Both the position numbers and the translations under genes were made by a program. A DNA stretch of 62,090 bases, taken from positions 1-62,090 of the forward strand of contig CAXGMD010000011.1 of assembly GCA_964010765.1 (NCBI GenBank). The letters are read 5' to 3'. Below the pieces are notes generated by a model. That model was not told the origin of the DNA and searched no databases. It was given only the letters and a program-made list of their open reading frames with translations. Origin of the DNA: an uncultured bacterium (GTDB lineage: Bacteria; SAR324; NAC60-12). Position 1 is the stretch's first letter, and every line of letters begins with the position of its first letter. Below are positions 32,297 to 42,900 of this stretch, piece after piece.

Positions 32297-33397
32297 TCAG
32301 GAATCGCTGCGAGTGATGTTGATGGGTTCATTATTGATTAGCCTTGTTTGGCCTTCGACAATCAGGGATTCTCCATGCTGGAGTCCAGAAATTACCTGAA
32401 CCCGATTGTCCTCACTGATTCCGGTTTCGATGATTCGACGTTTTGCCATACCATCAGATGCGACGAAGACCACACGTTCCAGTTCTCCCTCAATAATTGC
32501 GTTTCTTGGAATGACAACCTGATTTTCAGAGATACCTAAATCGATCGACACTTTTGCCAACATTCCCGACCGCAGGCGCTGTTTCGGATTCGCCATCTGA
32601 ACTTCTACAGGGAAGGACCGTGTCTGGGCGTCGGCCTCAACTCCGATGCGAAAAATTTTGCCATCATAGAGTTGACCCGGCTCCGCATAGAGTTCAATTT
32701 TGACAGTTTGTCCTTTCTGAAGCTTAGCAATATCGAGTTCTGGGACATCCAATTCTACACGCATTTTTCTGAGGTCTAGAATCTCGGCTACCTGCTTGCC
32801 AATGGCCAGGTATTCACCTGGTTCAACCGCTCGAACCTTGACTACCCCACTAATCGGAGCCTTGACCAAAGATTTTTGCAGCTGCACCTCTGCCAGATCC
32901 CAATTGTACTTCGCAAGCTGACGTTGGGTACGGCTTTGATCCAAGATTGAGCGAGCAATCAGCTGCTTGCGATCCAACTGTAGATTTCGTTGGTAATTGA
33001 TTTCGGCCAATTGGAAGTCTGCCTGGGCCATATCTCTGCGAACGGTCAATTCCTTCGTTGAGATATGAGCAAGAACACGATCCTTCGAAACCTGTTCTCC
33101 TTCCTGAAATTTCACTTGTTCGACAACTCCTGCCAACTCGTTGTGGACATCCACGCGTTCGTTGGGTAGCAACTTCCCAACAAATTCAATCTTGTGCTGA
33201 AGTGACTGAGGCGCCAGGGTCAATGTAGCTACGTTTACTCGCTTAGGAGGGGCAGGGGCTTCGACTTTCGGAGCGGCTTGGTTAGCCGATGCTTGAGCAG
33301 ATGGCTGCTCAGCAGGCTTTTCACAAGCAGTGATCAGCCCAGTAAGCAGAATAAGACTGAGCAATTTCAGCGTATTTCTTTGTAGATTCTTAAACAT
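32297..33397 (-). CDS. RND efflux periplasmic adaptor (MFP), lipoprotein
   Basis: ITAC lipobox, VKAPISGVV, LRSGML. Confidence 0.95.
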   Translation of the reverse strand: MFKNLQRNTLKLLSLILLTGLITACEKPAEQPSAQASANQAAPKVEAPAPPKRVNVATLTLAPQSLQHKIEFVGKLLPNERVDVHNELAGVVEQVKFQEGEQVSKDRVLAHISTKELTVRRDMAQADFQLAEINYQRNLQLDRKQLIARSILDQSRTQRQLAKYNWDLAEVQLQKSLVKAPISGVVKVRAVEPGEYLAIGKQVAEILDLRKMRVELDVPELDIAKLQKGQTVKIELYAEPGQLYDGKIFRIGVEADAQTRSFPVEVQMANPKQRLRSGMLAKVSIDLGISENQVVIPRNAIIEGELERVVFVASDGMAKRRIIETGISEDNRVQVISGLQHGESLIVEGQTRLINNEPINITRSDS

Positions 33398-33410
33398 TCC
33401 GACTTGCCTC

Positions 33411-35000
33411 CTAGGACTTTGTTCGATTGAGGTTGAATTCTTCGTAAATCTGCCCGGTGAGGGTCAGCAAACGAAGGTAGGCTTTTTCATAGCGGACACG
33501 GGCAAGGATATCTTGTGCTTTTGCCTGAGACTGTTGTTGCTGGAACTGTGACACCTGAAAACTAGTACCTTGCCCCAATTTGAAGCGCTCAATCTCGTTT
33601 TGCAGCTGCTCCTCCGCCAGTTTGACCACTGCCTGAGCAGTACTGACTTCCTGCTCAGCCAATTCCAGATCTCGTAAAATAGTTTGTAGGCTGACATCGA
33701 GCTCTGCCTTTCGACTATCCATGTTCAGTAGGATTTGCTCCTGTTGAATTTTCTTTTGCTTGATTCTCTCCGGTGTAGCTTGATCTCCAAGAGGAACTGT
33801 CCAGGTCAGTGCAGCCTGAAACCCATGCAGGCCAAGATCTATGAAGTCTCCAACACCTACCAGAGGTGTGTTCGCATAGCCTGTCATAGTATAACTCAGA
33901 TCTAGATCCAGGTTGGTTTGCAGCTTATTTTCTTCCTGCTGAACCTCCAACTTGCTGCTGTCCATGGAGATTTTCAGCAACTTCAATTGTGGATCATTTT
34001 CGAGAATCTGAGCCCGCAGCTCCTCTGAGTCTGGAAAAAAATCTCTCAATTCGGGGCGATTGCTTGGGTAAAAACCTAGCTCTAGCCCCCCCAGATTCAA
34101 AACTGCTCGCAGTTGATCTTCAATCCTCAACGCGTCCAATCTAGCGGAAAACAGTGCTTGACGATCTCTGGAAAGCTGCGTTTCAGCCACCAGCACATCT
34201 GTCCGATTCAGCGTCCCAACTTGCAGCCGAGCCTGGTTGTCTTGGAGCAGCTGTTCAGAGAGTTCAACAGATGACTTCTGAACCTCGATGTTTTCCAGGA
34301 CAGCAACCATATCCCAATAGGTAGAGGCAACCATGGCTAATTGAGCCAATTCAGCCTGCTTGATGGCTGCAGTGCTGCGATCAATTCCCAATTCTGCAAA
34401 GCGTTCCGGTAGGTTGTTGATTTCCTCTCCTGCATCCTGGAAAAACGGGATGCTAGCGAAGGCTCTGACGGAGGTTACGTCTCGCCACTCTCCTGAGGGG
34501 CCTGAATCCAAAGAACCAATTTCCTCTTTGCGGCTCAAAGTTGCACTCTGATAAAATCGTTCTTGCAGAGTAAAGCCGTAGCTACTGCCAGTTCTTAAGC
34601 GCCGAGCAAAGGTAGAGGAAAATTGGAGAGAGTCTGAGTGACTGCCGACTGCGTAAATGTCCTTTGGGACTTGAGTCGGATCATTGGTCATGATTGTATT
34701 TCGCTCTAAGCCAGTGCGGGTTGTGATTTGGTCAATGTAGCGTGCTTGCAAAGACTTCAGTTCCTGGTTGGCAATATCCTCTGATAACCGTGAGGCCTCC
34801 AAGCTCAAGCTTCGACTGATGGTCAGCAGCAGAATATCTTCGAGCGACACCTTCACCACATCACGATCATCGTAACTTATGATTTCCGCCCGCTCTGCTA
34901 ATTCGGCAACTAGCGGGTCACTTATCAAGCCATCTTGAAGTTGAGCTGACAAAACACCTGGTAAAACAAGCACCAAACCAAGAAATAGAAGCTTACGCAA
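33411..35000 (-). CDS. TolC family outer-membrane efflux protein
   Basis: VASTYWD, RLQVGT, ERFKLGQGTSFQV repeats; next to MFP/RND. TTG 35000 has SD AGGAG; alternative start ATG 35042. Confidence 0.88.
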   Translation of the reverse strand: MRKLLFLGLVLVLPGVLSAQLQDGLISDPLVAELAERAEIISYDDRDVVKVSLEDILLLTISRSLSLEASRLSEDIANQELKSLQARYIDQITTRTGLERNTIMTNDPTQVPKDIYAVGSHSDSLQFSSTFARRLRTGSSYGFTLQERFYQSATLSRKEEIGSLDSGPSGEWRDVTSVRAFASIPFFQDAGEEINNLPERFAELGIDRSTAAIKQAELAQLAMVASTYWDMVAVLENIEVQKSSVELSEQLLQDNQARLQVGTLNRTDVLVAETQLSRDRQALFSARLDALRIEDQLRAVLNLGGLELGFYPSNRPELRDFFPDSEELRAQILENDPQLKLLKISMDSSKLEVQQEENKLQTNLDLDLSYTMTGYANTPLVGVGDFIDLGLHGFQAALTWTVPLGDQATPERIKQKKIQQEQILLNMDSRKAELDVSLQTILRDLELAEQEVSTAQAVVKLAEEQLQNEIERFKLGQGTSFQVSQFQQQQSQAKAQDILARVRYEKAYLRLLTLTGQIYEEFNLNRTKS

Positions 35001-35043
35001 ATCTCTCCTTCTCCAGAAAATTTCAAAAAGTGGCTGTATCATC

Positions 35044-35640
35044 TCAATAACTAGCTGCTGGAGGTTGCTCTGGCAGGTGTAAACCGTACCAAATGAGTTC
35101 GTGAAGTTGCTTAACTTCCTCACAAACCGTCTCCCAATCAGCAAGAGAAAGCCAACGGGGAACCCACAGCTTCTCCATTTGTAGGAGGGTTTTCGCCGTC
35201 TCCAGCTTATCCAGCTCAGGTCGAATAGACCCTGTTTGCTGACCTTCCTCTACCAATAACAGAGTCTCTTCGAGTAACTCTTCCTCGTGATCACTCAGCA
35301 GAAAAGTGGCTTCGACCAATTCCTTCATCACTGATTCAGTGACAAGGCTGGGACCAATTAATTTGCGAATAAATTGTAGACGCAGTTCAACCTTCTGAAT
35401 CCATCGGGCTGGCTGTTCAAGACTATGATCGCAATGCTTGTGCAGGTACTCATCTATTAAGTTTCGCCAATGCCGTGAGCAACTGCCAAAAAGCTCTTCC
35501 TTGTTTCTGAAATAGTTATAAATCGTTCCCTTGCCAATACCTGCTTCCCGGGCAATCTGATCCACACTGGTTTTTCGAAACCCATAGTGGAGAAAAAGTT
35601 TTTCAGCAGCCGCTTGGATTTGTTGCTCCATCTCATTCAT
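35044..35640 (-). CDS. TetR/AcrR family transcriptional regulator
   Basis: GFRKTSVDQIAREAGIGKGTIYNYFRNKEELF. Confidence 0.95.
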   Translation of the reverse strand: MNEMEQQIQAAAEKLFLHYGFRKTSVDQIAREAGIGKGTIYNYFRNKEELFGSCSRHWRNLIDEYLHKHCDHSLEQPARWIQKVELRLQFIRKLIGPSLVTESVMKELVEATFLLSDHEEELLEETLLLVEEGQQTGSIRPELDKLETAKTLLQMEKLWVPRWLSLADWETVCEEVKQLHELIWYGLHLPEQPPAASY

Positions 35641-35712
35641 AAGTTAGTAGAGTTTTTCCAGTATTCTTTAGGTTGTTTTGATTTGCTGATTTTAAAAATG
35701 AATTTGTTTGTA

Positions 35713-35787
35713 TGACCAGTTTAGTCATCCGGTCAATTCCCTGTCAAATCTAAAATTGGACTGGTGACCGTTTTTTTCATTTGGTCA
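35713..35787 (-). promoter_or_regulatory. two TGACC-N13-GGTCA operators and a sigma70 promoter upstream of tetR
   Basis: Inverted repeats at 35713-35735 and 35765-35787; minus-strand TTGACA (35747-35742), 18-nt spacer, TAAACT (35723-35718). Confidence 0.7.
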
Positions 35788-35871
35788 AAATCTGGTGAGA
35801 AATTTCTTCTGAAATGAAAAAATTTTAATGAGTTTTGGAGAAATTTATGAAGAGGAAGCAAAGTTGATGTA

Positions 35872-35902
35872 GACGGACTTCGATAGATTTTTGAAGTCCG
35901 TC
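35872..35902 (-). terminator. stem-loop downstream of the dienelactone hydrolase gene
   Basis: GACGGACTTC...GAAGTCCGTC, 10-bp perfect stem. Confidence 0.6.
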
Positions 35903-35920
35903 ACACTTTGAGAGGCTTTT

Positions 35921-36787
35921 TCAGGCAGCACCATGTTGTCTGAACCACTGCTGCAGCCGTTGCCAACCATCCTTGGCTGCTTCTGGATCATAGCTTGGTC
36001 GATAATCCGCATGAAAACCATGTTGGGACTGATCATAGACACGGATTTCAGAGGGGGATCCACTGGACTTCAAGGCCTTGTTCATCCGATTCACGCTTTC
36101 CAAGGAAATCCCCCGGTCTTTTCCTGCATAGAGTCCCAAGACAGGCCCATTCAGCTGATCGACAAGATCAATCGGATTTTGAGGCTTCAGCTCACTTGGT
36201 TCTCCTTCCAACTGACCATACCACGCCACACCCGCCCGAATCAGGGGATTGTGCGCCGTGTACAGCCAAGTGATTCGGCCACCCCAGCAGAAGCCAGTAA
36301 CACCCATCTTAGTGGTATCCCCGTGGTTCAATCCAGCCCATGCTGCCGCTGCATCAAGATCACTCATCACCTGGGCATCCGGTACCTTTGAAACAACCTT
36401 GCCGATGATCTCACGGTAATCTTTTAAGCTTGAGACGTCCCCTTGCCGATAATACAGCTCAGGGGCAATGGCCAGATGGCCCAATTTCGCGAAGCGCCGA
36501 CAGACATCTTGAATATGCTGATGCACTCCAAAAATCTCCTGAATCACTAGCACAACTGGATAAACTCCATCTCCAGCTGGACGAGCGTAGTACCCTGGGA
36601 TACTTCCATCTGTGGTGGAAATCTTGATTTCGCCAGCGACGAGTCCGTTACTATCCGTGGTAATTACAGACTGCGCTTGTATCGGCTGCACAGCTAATGC
36701 GAAACCTGCCGTTGCCAAACCTCCAACAACAAACTCTCGACGACTGAACTCCATTTTGGGAGCCAAACTCACTGCGTGCTCTTGCAT
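35921..36787 (-). CDS. dienelactone hydrolase family protein with Tat signal
   Basis: SRREFV twin-arginine signal; [22 protein letters not shown]. Confidence 0.93.
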   Translation of the reverse strand: MQEHAVSLAPKMEFSRREFVVGGLATAGFALAVQPIQAQSVITTDSNGLVAGEIKISTTDGSIPGYYARPAGDGVYPVVLVIQEIFGVHQHIQDVCRRFAKLGHLAIAPELYYRQGDVSSLKDYREIIGKVVSKVPDAQVMSDLDAAAAWAGLNHGDTTKMGVTGFCWGGRITWLYTAHNPLIRAGVAWYGQLEGEPSELKPQNPIDLVDQLNGPVLGLYAGKDRGISLESVNRMNKALKSSGSPSEIRVYDQSQHGFHADYRPSYDPEAAKDGWQRLQQWFRQHGAA

Positions 36788-36927
36788 AGGAATCTCCGAA
36801 AGGGGATGAATGATTCATCGAGATAATCATTTGAATATCTTGATGCAAAAACGCTAGCAGCCTTCCGTAGACCTGACAATTAGGAAATCATGATTAGCCA
36901 TTCTTAACTAATTTCTAGCTGATTGAA

Positions 36928-37929
36928 TTACCCCAAACCAGCTTTCAAAACCTCCTCGGTCAACTCCAAATCGGCGGTCAGCTCTCTTAGAGGACGAACG
37001 CCTACCCTCTCAAGATCCGCATGATATGCCTTTGTCGCCTCCACAGAATCTAATCCTTCTTCAATTGTTCGTCGCATCGCCTTTATCATGGCTACAGAGT
37101 CTTCTGCGAAATAGATCTTGCGACCAAAAAGAGCGACTCGAGCCCCATATTTTTCTGCCTGGCGGATCAGTTCCAAGCAGTCTCTAGTGGTTCCAGCTGA
37201 ACCCCCAAGAATCCCAAAAATTAGATTTCCGGGATCATAAGAGGCGATCTCTTCCGTTGCGGCTGGTCCATTGTAGGCGGCCTTGAGGAAAAGTGGACGA
37301 TCGTGCCTGGAAACAGCTGCTAAACACCGTACGATCGCATCATTATTGTAAGAGCCAAAATCAGCACCTGGGGTCACTACGTGTGTCTGTGGATTAAAGA
37401 CTTCCAGAAAGTGTCGGACACCTTGAGCAGAAGCTTCATCTCTAAAGCGAGCGTAGGCTTCGAGAGTGCGATGATCCTGCTGAAGATCGTTGTAGAAAGT
37501 AATCGCATACAATCCCAAGTCTGCGACCGGTTTCACTCGATCAAGACGGGCTGTTCTGAACGGCAGTGCAGGTTGAGATGAATAAGAAGCTCCTCGGCCT
37601 ACCCAAATATCCGTAGTATCATTGAGCCGAATCGCAGGGGTGATTTCCGTATTTGCGTAAGCACCCTGCTGGGTGAGGATCTCCGCCGTTGAAAGCGAGG
37701 TGAGCATGATATCCACTAAGTTACTCTCCATAATCTTTAGCATATCATCTCGATACACCTTGATTGGATTATAACGCCCACTCGATTGTCCTTCTGAGTC
37801 TTTCTGCAAACCAGCCGTCTTGCAACCATTTGCCATGTCAGCGTCTTTTGCGTCTGCAATAATGAAATCTTTTGGAGTGTATTGACCATTGCGAATGCGG
37901 GCCAACTTTTGGTCTAGTCTTTTGCTCAT
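36928..37929 (-). CDS. uncharacterised TIM-barrel protein, class I aldolase-like
   Basis: HFLEVF, LFLKAAY (candidate Schiff-base Lys), ILGG and FGRKIY recall DhnA/LacD-type aldolases. The ORF is clearly real; the function is inferred. Confidence 0.55.
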   Translation of the reverse strand: MSKRLDQKLARIRNGQYTPKDFIIADAKDADMANGCKTAGLQKDSEGQSSGRYNPIKVYRDDMLKIMESNLVDIMLTSLSTAEILTQQGAYANTEITPAIRLNDTTDIWVGRGASYSSQPALPFRTARLDRVKPVADLGLYAITFYNDLQQDHRTLEAYARFRDEASAQGVRHFLEVFNPQTHVVTPGADFGSYNNDAIVRCLAAVSRHDRPLFLKAAYNGPAATEEIASYDPGNLIFGILGGSAGTTRDCLELIRQAEKYGARVALFGRKIYFAEDSVAMIKAMRRTIEEGLDSVEATKAYHADLERVGVRPLRELTADLELTEEVLKAGLG

Positions 37930-37960
37930 AAGTTGTATTTGGGCTGGTGTTGAGAAGATT

Positions 37961-37976
37961 TTTCCGAAGTCGGAAA
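37961..37976. promoter_or_regulatory. palindromic candidate operator upstream of the aldolase-like gene
   Basis: TTTCCGA-AG-TCGGAAA, about 30 nt upstream of the ATG. Confidence 0.45.
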
Positions 37977-38208
37977 TTTAGTAAAATGATTCTACTTAAG
38001 AATCCTGGAAAAGGCGCTGGTAGCTCAAGACAATACAGCCTTATTCAAAATCTGATTTTTCTGCAAATTGAAGATGGGATTGGAAAAGAATGTGATCTTG
38101 GAGGAGGCTTCAGATTTCTGATGAAGGTTTACTTTAGCAAATCAAGCAGGGAAGGATGATCCCACTGTCAATTTTTTTTAGAATCGCGCAGCAGGATCTA
38201 ATCGAAAC

Positions 38209-38790
38209 TCAACAATCGTCGTAGGAGACTTCTCCATTGGGCATAGTCGTATTGCAAAACTCCGCATTATTGAGCAGGCTCAAGCGGAGGTCAGCCCCCA
38301 TGAGAGTGGCTGCGCTCAGATTTGAACGACTCATATCAGCTCTGATCAAGTTGGATTCGCTCAAGTCGGCACGAATGAGTTTTGCCTGCCTCAGGTCTGC
38401 GTTGTTCAGGTTTGCCTTACCGACGAATGCCTCAGTTAGGTCTGCATTATAGAGTTGTGCATCACGCATATCGGCACCACTCAAGTCTGCAGCTCCCAAG
38501 TAAGCTCCACTTAGGTAAGCTCCTGAAAGTTTTGCTTCCTGAAGATTCGCACCCCGCAGTTTGGCTTGCTCAAGATTCGCGTTACTCAGATCTGCTCCAC
38601 GTAAGTCTGCACTCTGAAGATTGGCTCCCAAAAGAATTGCATTGCTTAAATCAGCATTGCGCAGCTCTGCTCCGCTCAGATCACAGCGGACACATTTCTT
38701 CATTGATTTGACCATCCGAACATCATCATCATTGAACGCCTGAACTGTCCATCCAAAGGTCAGGGCCAATGCGAGAAACAGATATTTCAT
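38209..38790 (-). CDS. secreted pentapeptide-repeat protein
   Basis: ATG 38790 gives a signal peptide; CVRCDLSG followed by more than 20 A(D/N)Lxx repeats. Confidence 0.93.
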   Translation of the reverse strand: MKYLFLALALTFGWTVQAFNDDDVRMVKSMKKCVRCDLSGAELRNADLSNAILLGANLQSADLRGADLSNANLEQAKLRGANLQEAKLSGAYLSGAYLGAADLSGADMRDAQLYNADLTEAFVGKANLNNADLRQAKLIRADLSESNLIRADMSRSNLSAATLMGADLRLSLLNNAEFCNTTMPNGEVSYDDC

Positions 38791-39180
38791 TGAATTTCCT
38801 TTAAGAAAGAAGCACATCGTTATATTTCGGGATCTGCTCCACAACCAAAATTCGAGGATTGAAAAGAAAAAAGTTTCTAAGCAACATCTATGCAGTCCAC
38901 AAAGTGCTGTTCGGTTGAATCCTTCAGATCTCAATCAAGTGCAAATTCAGAAGGCTCACAATTAAAAAAATTTTTTGTTTGACATATCAATCTCATAGTG
39001 CGATTTTGCCAAAATTTTTTTCCAAATGGATTTTGGGGAACGCCATGTCTTGGGAAGTTTAATCAACAATCTAGAATGGGAGGTCACGACAGCTACATCC
39101 TGGATCAGTAGAGTTTTCGAGCAAAGAACCGAAGCGGTTCAGATGAGATTATTATTTCTATTCCTGATGGAGTCAAAAAT

Positions 39181-40176
39181 ATGAAATTCTTTAAGTCTAT
39201 TCTGATTACAGCCTTATTTGCTGGATTAAGTGTTACAGCCTATGCCGCCCCAACAAGCCAGGATCTTGGTAGTAAATGGTGCAAGGATGTTCGTATCCAC
39301 TTTTTTGCTGGTGGAGCTGAAGGGGATGGTTTCGCTGGAATTGTCCAGGCTGGTGCAGAAAATGCCATTAGAGATACTGGCGCAGATGCAGAAATTCTTT
39401 ACTCCGAGTGGCAGTCAGACCGAATGATTCAACAACTACGTGAAGCAATTGGTGCAGGAGTAGATGGAATTGCGATGATGGGACATCCAGGAGAGGAAGC
39501 AATAATGCCACTTGCGGAGGCCGCCAATGAGGATGGGATTCTGATGATGTATCAGAATGTTGATGTGCCCGCAGTCAGAGCAAAATTCGGAGGCGGATAT
39601 GTTGGTGCAAACCTAGCCACACAAGGATATCTGCTTGGCCAAGAGGCCATCCGAAGATTTGATCTGAAAAAAGGAGATAAAGCTGTCGTTATGGTGCCAA
39701 TTGGAGATTACTCTCGAGCACAGAGAGAAGATAACGTACGCATTGCTTTTGAGGAACATGGAATGGAGGTCGTTGTGCTGGATGGCACGCCGGAATATGC
39801 AACAGATCCCAACTCAGCTATTCCCGTCATTTCAGCCGCACTCGCAGCCAATTCCGATGCAAAGATTCTAGTTCATACGGGTGGCCAAATGCTTGGAAAT
39901 GCTGAAACATTCGCTGTTGCAGCTGGATATGGCCCGAATGAATTACTTCAAATTGGTTTCGATACCAGCCCACAGGTCATGTCTGGATTTGTCAATGGAT
40001 TCGTCCATTTGACATCTGACCAACAACCCTTTTTGCAAGGATATTTGCCTGTTTTATCACTTTGCCAAATGAAGGTGATGGGTCTAGGTGCTTTGAATCA
40101 AGATACTGGAGCTGGCTTTGTCACAACAGAAAACTATGAATCTGTTATGTCTTTGGCTAACGCTGGGTTGAGGTAA
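39181..40176 (+). CDS. sugar ABC transporter substrate-binding protein
   Basis: Signal peptide; RbsB-like fold (GVDGIAM, YVG, IGFD, DQQPFLQGY). Confidence 0.9.
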   Translation: MKFFKSILITALFAGLSVTAYAAPTSQDLGSKWCKDVRIHFFAGGAEGDGFAGIVQAGAENAIRDTGADAEILYSEWQSDRMIQQLREAIGAGVDGIAMMGHPGEEAIMPLAEAANEDGILMMYQNVDVPAVRAKFGGGYVGANLATQGYLLGQEAIRRFDLKKGDKAVVMVPIGDYSRAQREDNVRIAFEEHGMEVVVLDGTPEYATDPNSAIPVISAALAANSDAKILVHTGGQMLGNAETFAVAAGYGPNELLQIGFDTSPQVMSGFVNGFVHLTSDQQPFLQGYLPVLSLCQMKVMGLGALNQDTGAGFVTTENYESVMSLANAGLR

Positions 40177-40183
40177 ATGACAG

Positions 40184-40217
40184 TAGCTGACCTCCTCTGA
40201 GGTCAGCTATCTTTTTT
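40184..40217 (+). terminator. intrinsic terminator-like hairpin after the SBP gene
   Basis: TAGCTGACCTC-CTCT-GAGGTCAGCTA followed by TCTTTTTT. Confidence 0.8.
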
Positions 40218-40329
40218 CAAAAGTATCGGTAAAGCGAACCATCCGGGGAAATTGATTCGTTTTTAGTCAACTAACACTGTTTAAACTACTCAAAATACTT
40301 AAACTTATCTGCCAAATAATTCGTCTTCT

Positions 40330-41079
40330 ATGGAACCAATAATTGAGTTAAGAAACATCAGTAAAAAATTTGGTGGCATCACTGCCCTGAATTCAGTTTC
40401 ACTAGAAGTTAATGAAGGAGAAGTTGTAGGATTGATAGGGGATAACGGTGCAGGGAAATCGACACTAATTAAAACATTAGTGGGAGTTCATCAACCAGAC
40501 TTAGGTGAGATCTTTATTCGTGGCCGGAAAGCTGAGCATTGGAATGCAAAAAAAGCAAGAGAGGCAAAAATTGAAACTGTCTTTCAGGACCGTGCATTAA
40601 CGCCCCAGCAGTCCATAGTTTGGAATATTTTCATGGGGAAAGAGCTAAGATATCCTCTGGGTTTCATACGAGTAAAAGAGCAACAAGAAGAAGCCAATAG
40701 GATAATCCGTGAAATCGGTTTTACTTCCAAGTTAATTGATGCAAAATCTCAGGTAGGCAATTTATCTGGGGGCGAGCGCCAAGGCGTTGCTATAGCCAGA
40801 GCAATTTACAATGATGCTGAATTGATTATCCTTGATGAACCAACGACAGCACTATCTTTAATTGAAACCCAGAAAGTATTTGATTTCGTAAATAATATCA
40901 AAGCAAAAGGGAGGTCAGTCCTTTTTATTGGTCACAATATTTTTCATGTGTTCGACATTTCAGACAGATTTGTAATTTTAGATCGAGGAAAAATCGTCCA
41001 TCAACTCGAAAAATCTGATGTTGACAGCCCAGAGAGCCTCATAAAGATCATGAAAGAAACAGTTGAGAAAGGTGAGTAA
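40330..41079 (+). CDS. sugar ABC transporter ATP-binding protein (single domain)
   Basis: GDNGAGKST, LSGGERQ, ILDEPT. Confidence 0.95.
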   Translation: MEPIIELRNISKKFGGITALNSVSLEVNEGEVVGLIGDNGAGKSTLIKTLVGVHQPDLGEIFIRGRKAEHWNAKKAREAKIETVFQDRALTPQQSIVWNIFMGKELRYPLGFIRVKEQQEEANRIIREIGFTSKLIDAKSQVGNLSGGERQGVAIARAIYNDAELIILDEPTTALSLIETQKVFDFVNNIKAKGRSVLFIGHNIFHVFDISDRFVILDRGKIVHQLEKSDVDSPESLIKIMKETVEKGE

Positions 41080-41084
41080 TTCAT

Positions 41085-42059
41085 ATGAATAAAGAATTCA
41101 CAATTAATTCTTTTATCTCAGAAAATAGTCGTCCTCTGAGTAGCCTTTTTTACTTTGTGTTGATCATGACAATTTTCTTTACTGCTTCTCCAGAAGTCTT
41201 TTTTTCAACAAAATTTCATCAAGCAGTTCTTACGGTTTATCCAATAATTATTTTCCTAGTCATCCCGCTAGTCTTTGTTGTTACAATGGGAGAGATAGAT
41301 CTATCTTTTGCTTCTAATTTTGCTTTTGCTTCATGGATTTTTGCACTACTGATCAAAACTTTTAGTGTTGATCCCTTCTTGGCTTTCCTCCTGGGGATTC
41401 TTGCAGGTGCTTTTATTGGTGTTCTGATGGGATGCCTTGTTGTCTATGGGAGAATCTCGTCGCTGGTTGCTTCCCTAGGGGCACTTTTTCTAATCCGCGG
41501 ATTCCTATTTGTTGTGAGCGACAGTAAGTCAATCACAATTATTGAGATCAGGAAACATTGGATCTACGACTTACTTGTAGGAAAATTTTTTGGTTTTCCA
41601 ATGCAATTTATTTGGGCAGGGATCTTCGTAATTATTGCTTATTTTCTTTATCATCGGCATGTCTTTGGCGCCCACATTCACCATATCGGAGATAATCCTG
41701 AGAGTGCAGCCCAAATGGGAATAAATGTGGACCGGACAAGAATTTTCTGTTTCATGTTTTGTGGGATTGGAGCCGCCTTAGCAGGAATGTTTTCTACTCT
41801 AGTTAATTTTACATGGTGGCCTACCCAAGGCTTTGGCTATCTTCTACTAGCACTTGCCAGTGTTTTTGTGGGAGGAACTCCTACATGGGGCGGTGTCGGA
41901 ACAATCTTTGGAGCTGTATTTGGCTCAGGTGTGATTGCTTACATGGAGACTGGAATTGTTGCAATGGGTTGGAGTGGTTTGTGGCGACAGTTCTTCAACG
42001 GTTTGATCATCATCCTTGCTTTGCTTGGGCACAGATTTCATGGCAACAGAATTAGGTAA
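41085..42059 (+). CDS. sugar ABC transporter permease (RbsC-like)
   Basis: GEIDLS, IGDNPESAAQMGI, VFVGGT...GGVG. Confidence 0.93.
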   Translation: MNKEFTINSFISENSRPLSSLFYFVLIMTIFFTASPEVFFSTKFHQAVLTVYPIIIFLVIPLVFVVTMGEIDLSFASNFAFASWIFALLIKTFSVDPFLAFLLGILAGAFIGVLMGCLVVYGRISSLVASLGALFLIRGFLFVVSDSKSITIIEIRKHWIYDLLVGKFFGFPMQFIWAGIFVIIAYFLYHRHVFGAHIHHIGDNPESAAQMGINVDRTRIFCFMFCGIGAALAGMFSTLVNFTWWPTQGFGYLLLALASVFVGGTPTWGGVGTIFGAVFGSGVIAYMETGIVAMGWSGLWRQFFNGLIIILALLGHRFHGNRIR

Positions 42060-42061
42060 TT

Positions 42062-42847
42062 ATGACGAATTTAGTAATTTGGAATGAATTTATTCATGAG
42101 CAGGAAGATGAAATCGTAAAATCAATTTATCCAAGAGGAATCCACAACTGTCTGAAGGATTTCCTAAATGAAGAGAGGTCCCTCAACATTACTACGGCCA
42201 CCCTTCAGGAAGTAGATCATGGTTTGCCGGAAGCCCTACTTGATGAAACAGATGTTCTTATCTGGTGGGGCCATAAAGCACACAAGCTTGTAGAAGATAG
42301 GATCGTGGATCGGGTACAGCAAAGAGTTCTTGAAGGAATGGGTCTCGTTGTCCTTCATTCCGGCCATCACTCAAAAATCTTCAAAAGATTGATGGGAACG
42401 ACCGCCAATATTCGCTGGGCTGAACGTGGAGAGAAGGAGAGAGTATGGGTCTGCAATCCTGGGCACCCGATCGCAAGTGGGTTGGGTGAATATTTTGAGA
42501 TTGAGATGACAGAGATGTATTCAGAGCCCTTTCAGGTACCTTCACCGGATGAGACCGTCTTTATAAGTTGGTTCGAAGGAGGAGAAGTATTCCGGTCTGG
42601 ACTTTGTTACAAGCGAGGCAATGGAAAGGTATTTTACTTCAGACCAGGACACGAGGCCTACCCAGTCTATCACAACAAAGATGTGCAGAGAGTTATCAAC
42701 AATGCAGTTCATTGGGCTTGCCCTGAAACCAACTCAGGGATCTGGATAGATCGCATCGCAAAGGGCATTGACAACATGGAGCGCAAAACTCCTGTAGAAC
42801 CAATCGAAACCAAAGGATATAAAGTCAATCATGACTACAAAGAATGA
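42062..42847 (+). CDS. thuA: ThuA domain protein
   Basis: WNEFIHE, YPRGIH, WWGH, LHSGHHSK, EMYSEPF, FRPGHE. Confidence 0.9.
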   Translation: MTNLVIWNEFIHEQEDEIVKSIYPRGIHNCLKDFLNEERSLNITTATLQEVDHGLPEALLDETDVLIWWGHKAHKLVEDRIVDRVQQRVLEGMGLVVLHSGHHSKIFKRLMGTTANIRWAERGEKERVWVCNPGHPIASGLGEYFEIEMTEMYSEPFQVPSPDETVFISWFEGGEVFRSGLCYKRGNGKVFYFRPGHEAYPVYHNKDVQRVINNAVHWACPETNSGIWIDRIAKGIDNMERKTPVEPIETKGYKVNHDYKE

Positions 42848-42900
42848 TATTGGTTTCCCCAGATTAGATTTCATCTGAAGTAACAGAACTCATTTCCAAT

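Noticed and set aside
37947..38159. 70-aa plus-strand ORF
   Set aside because: No RBS or motif, and it overlaps the regulatory region of the aldolase-like gene.
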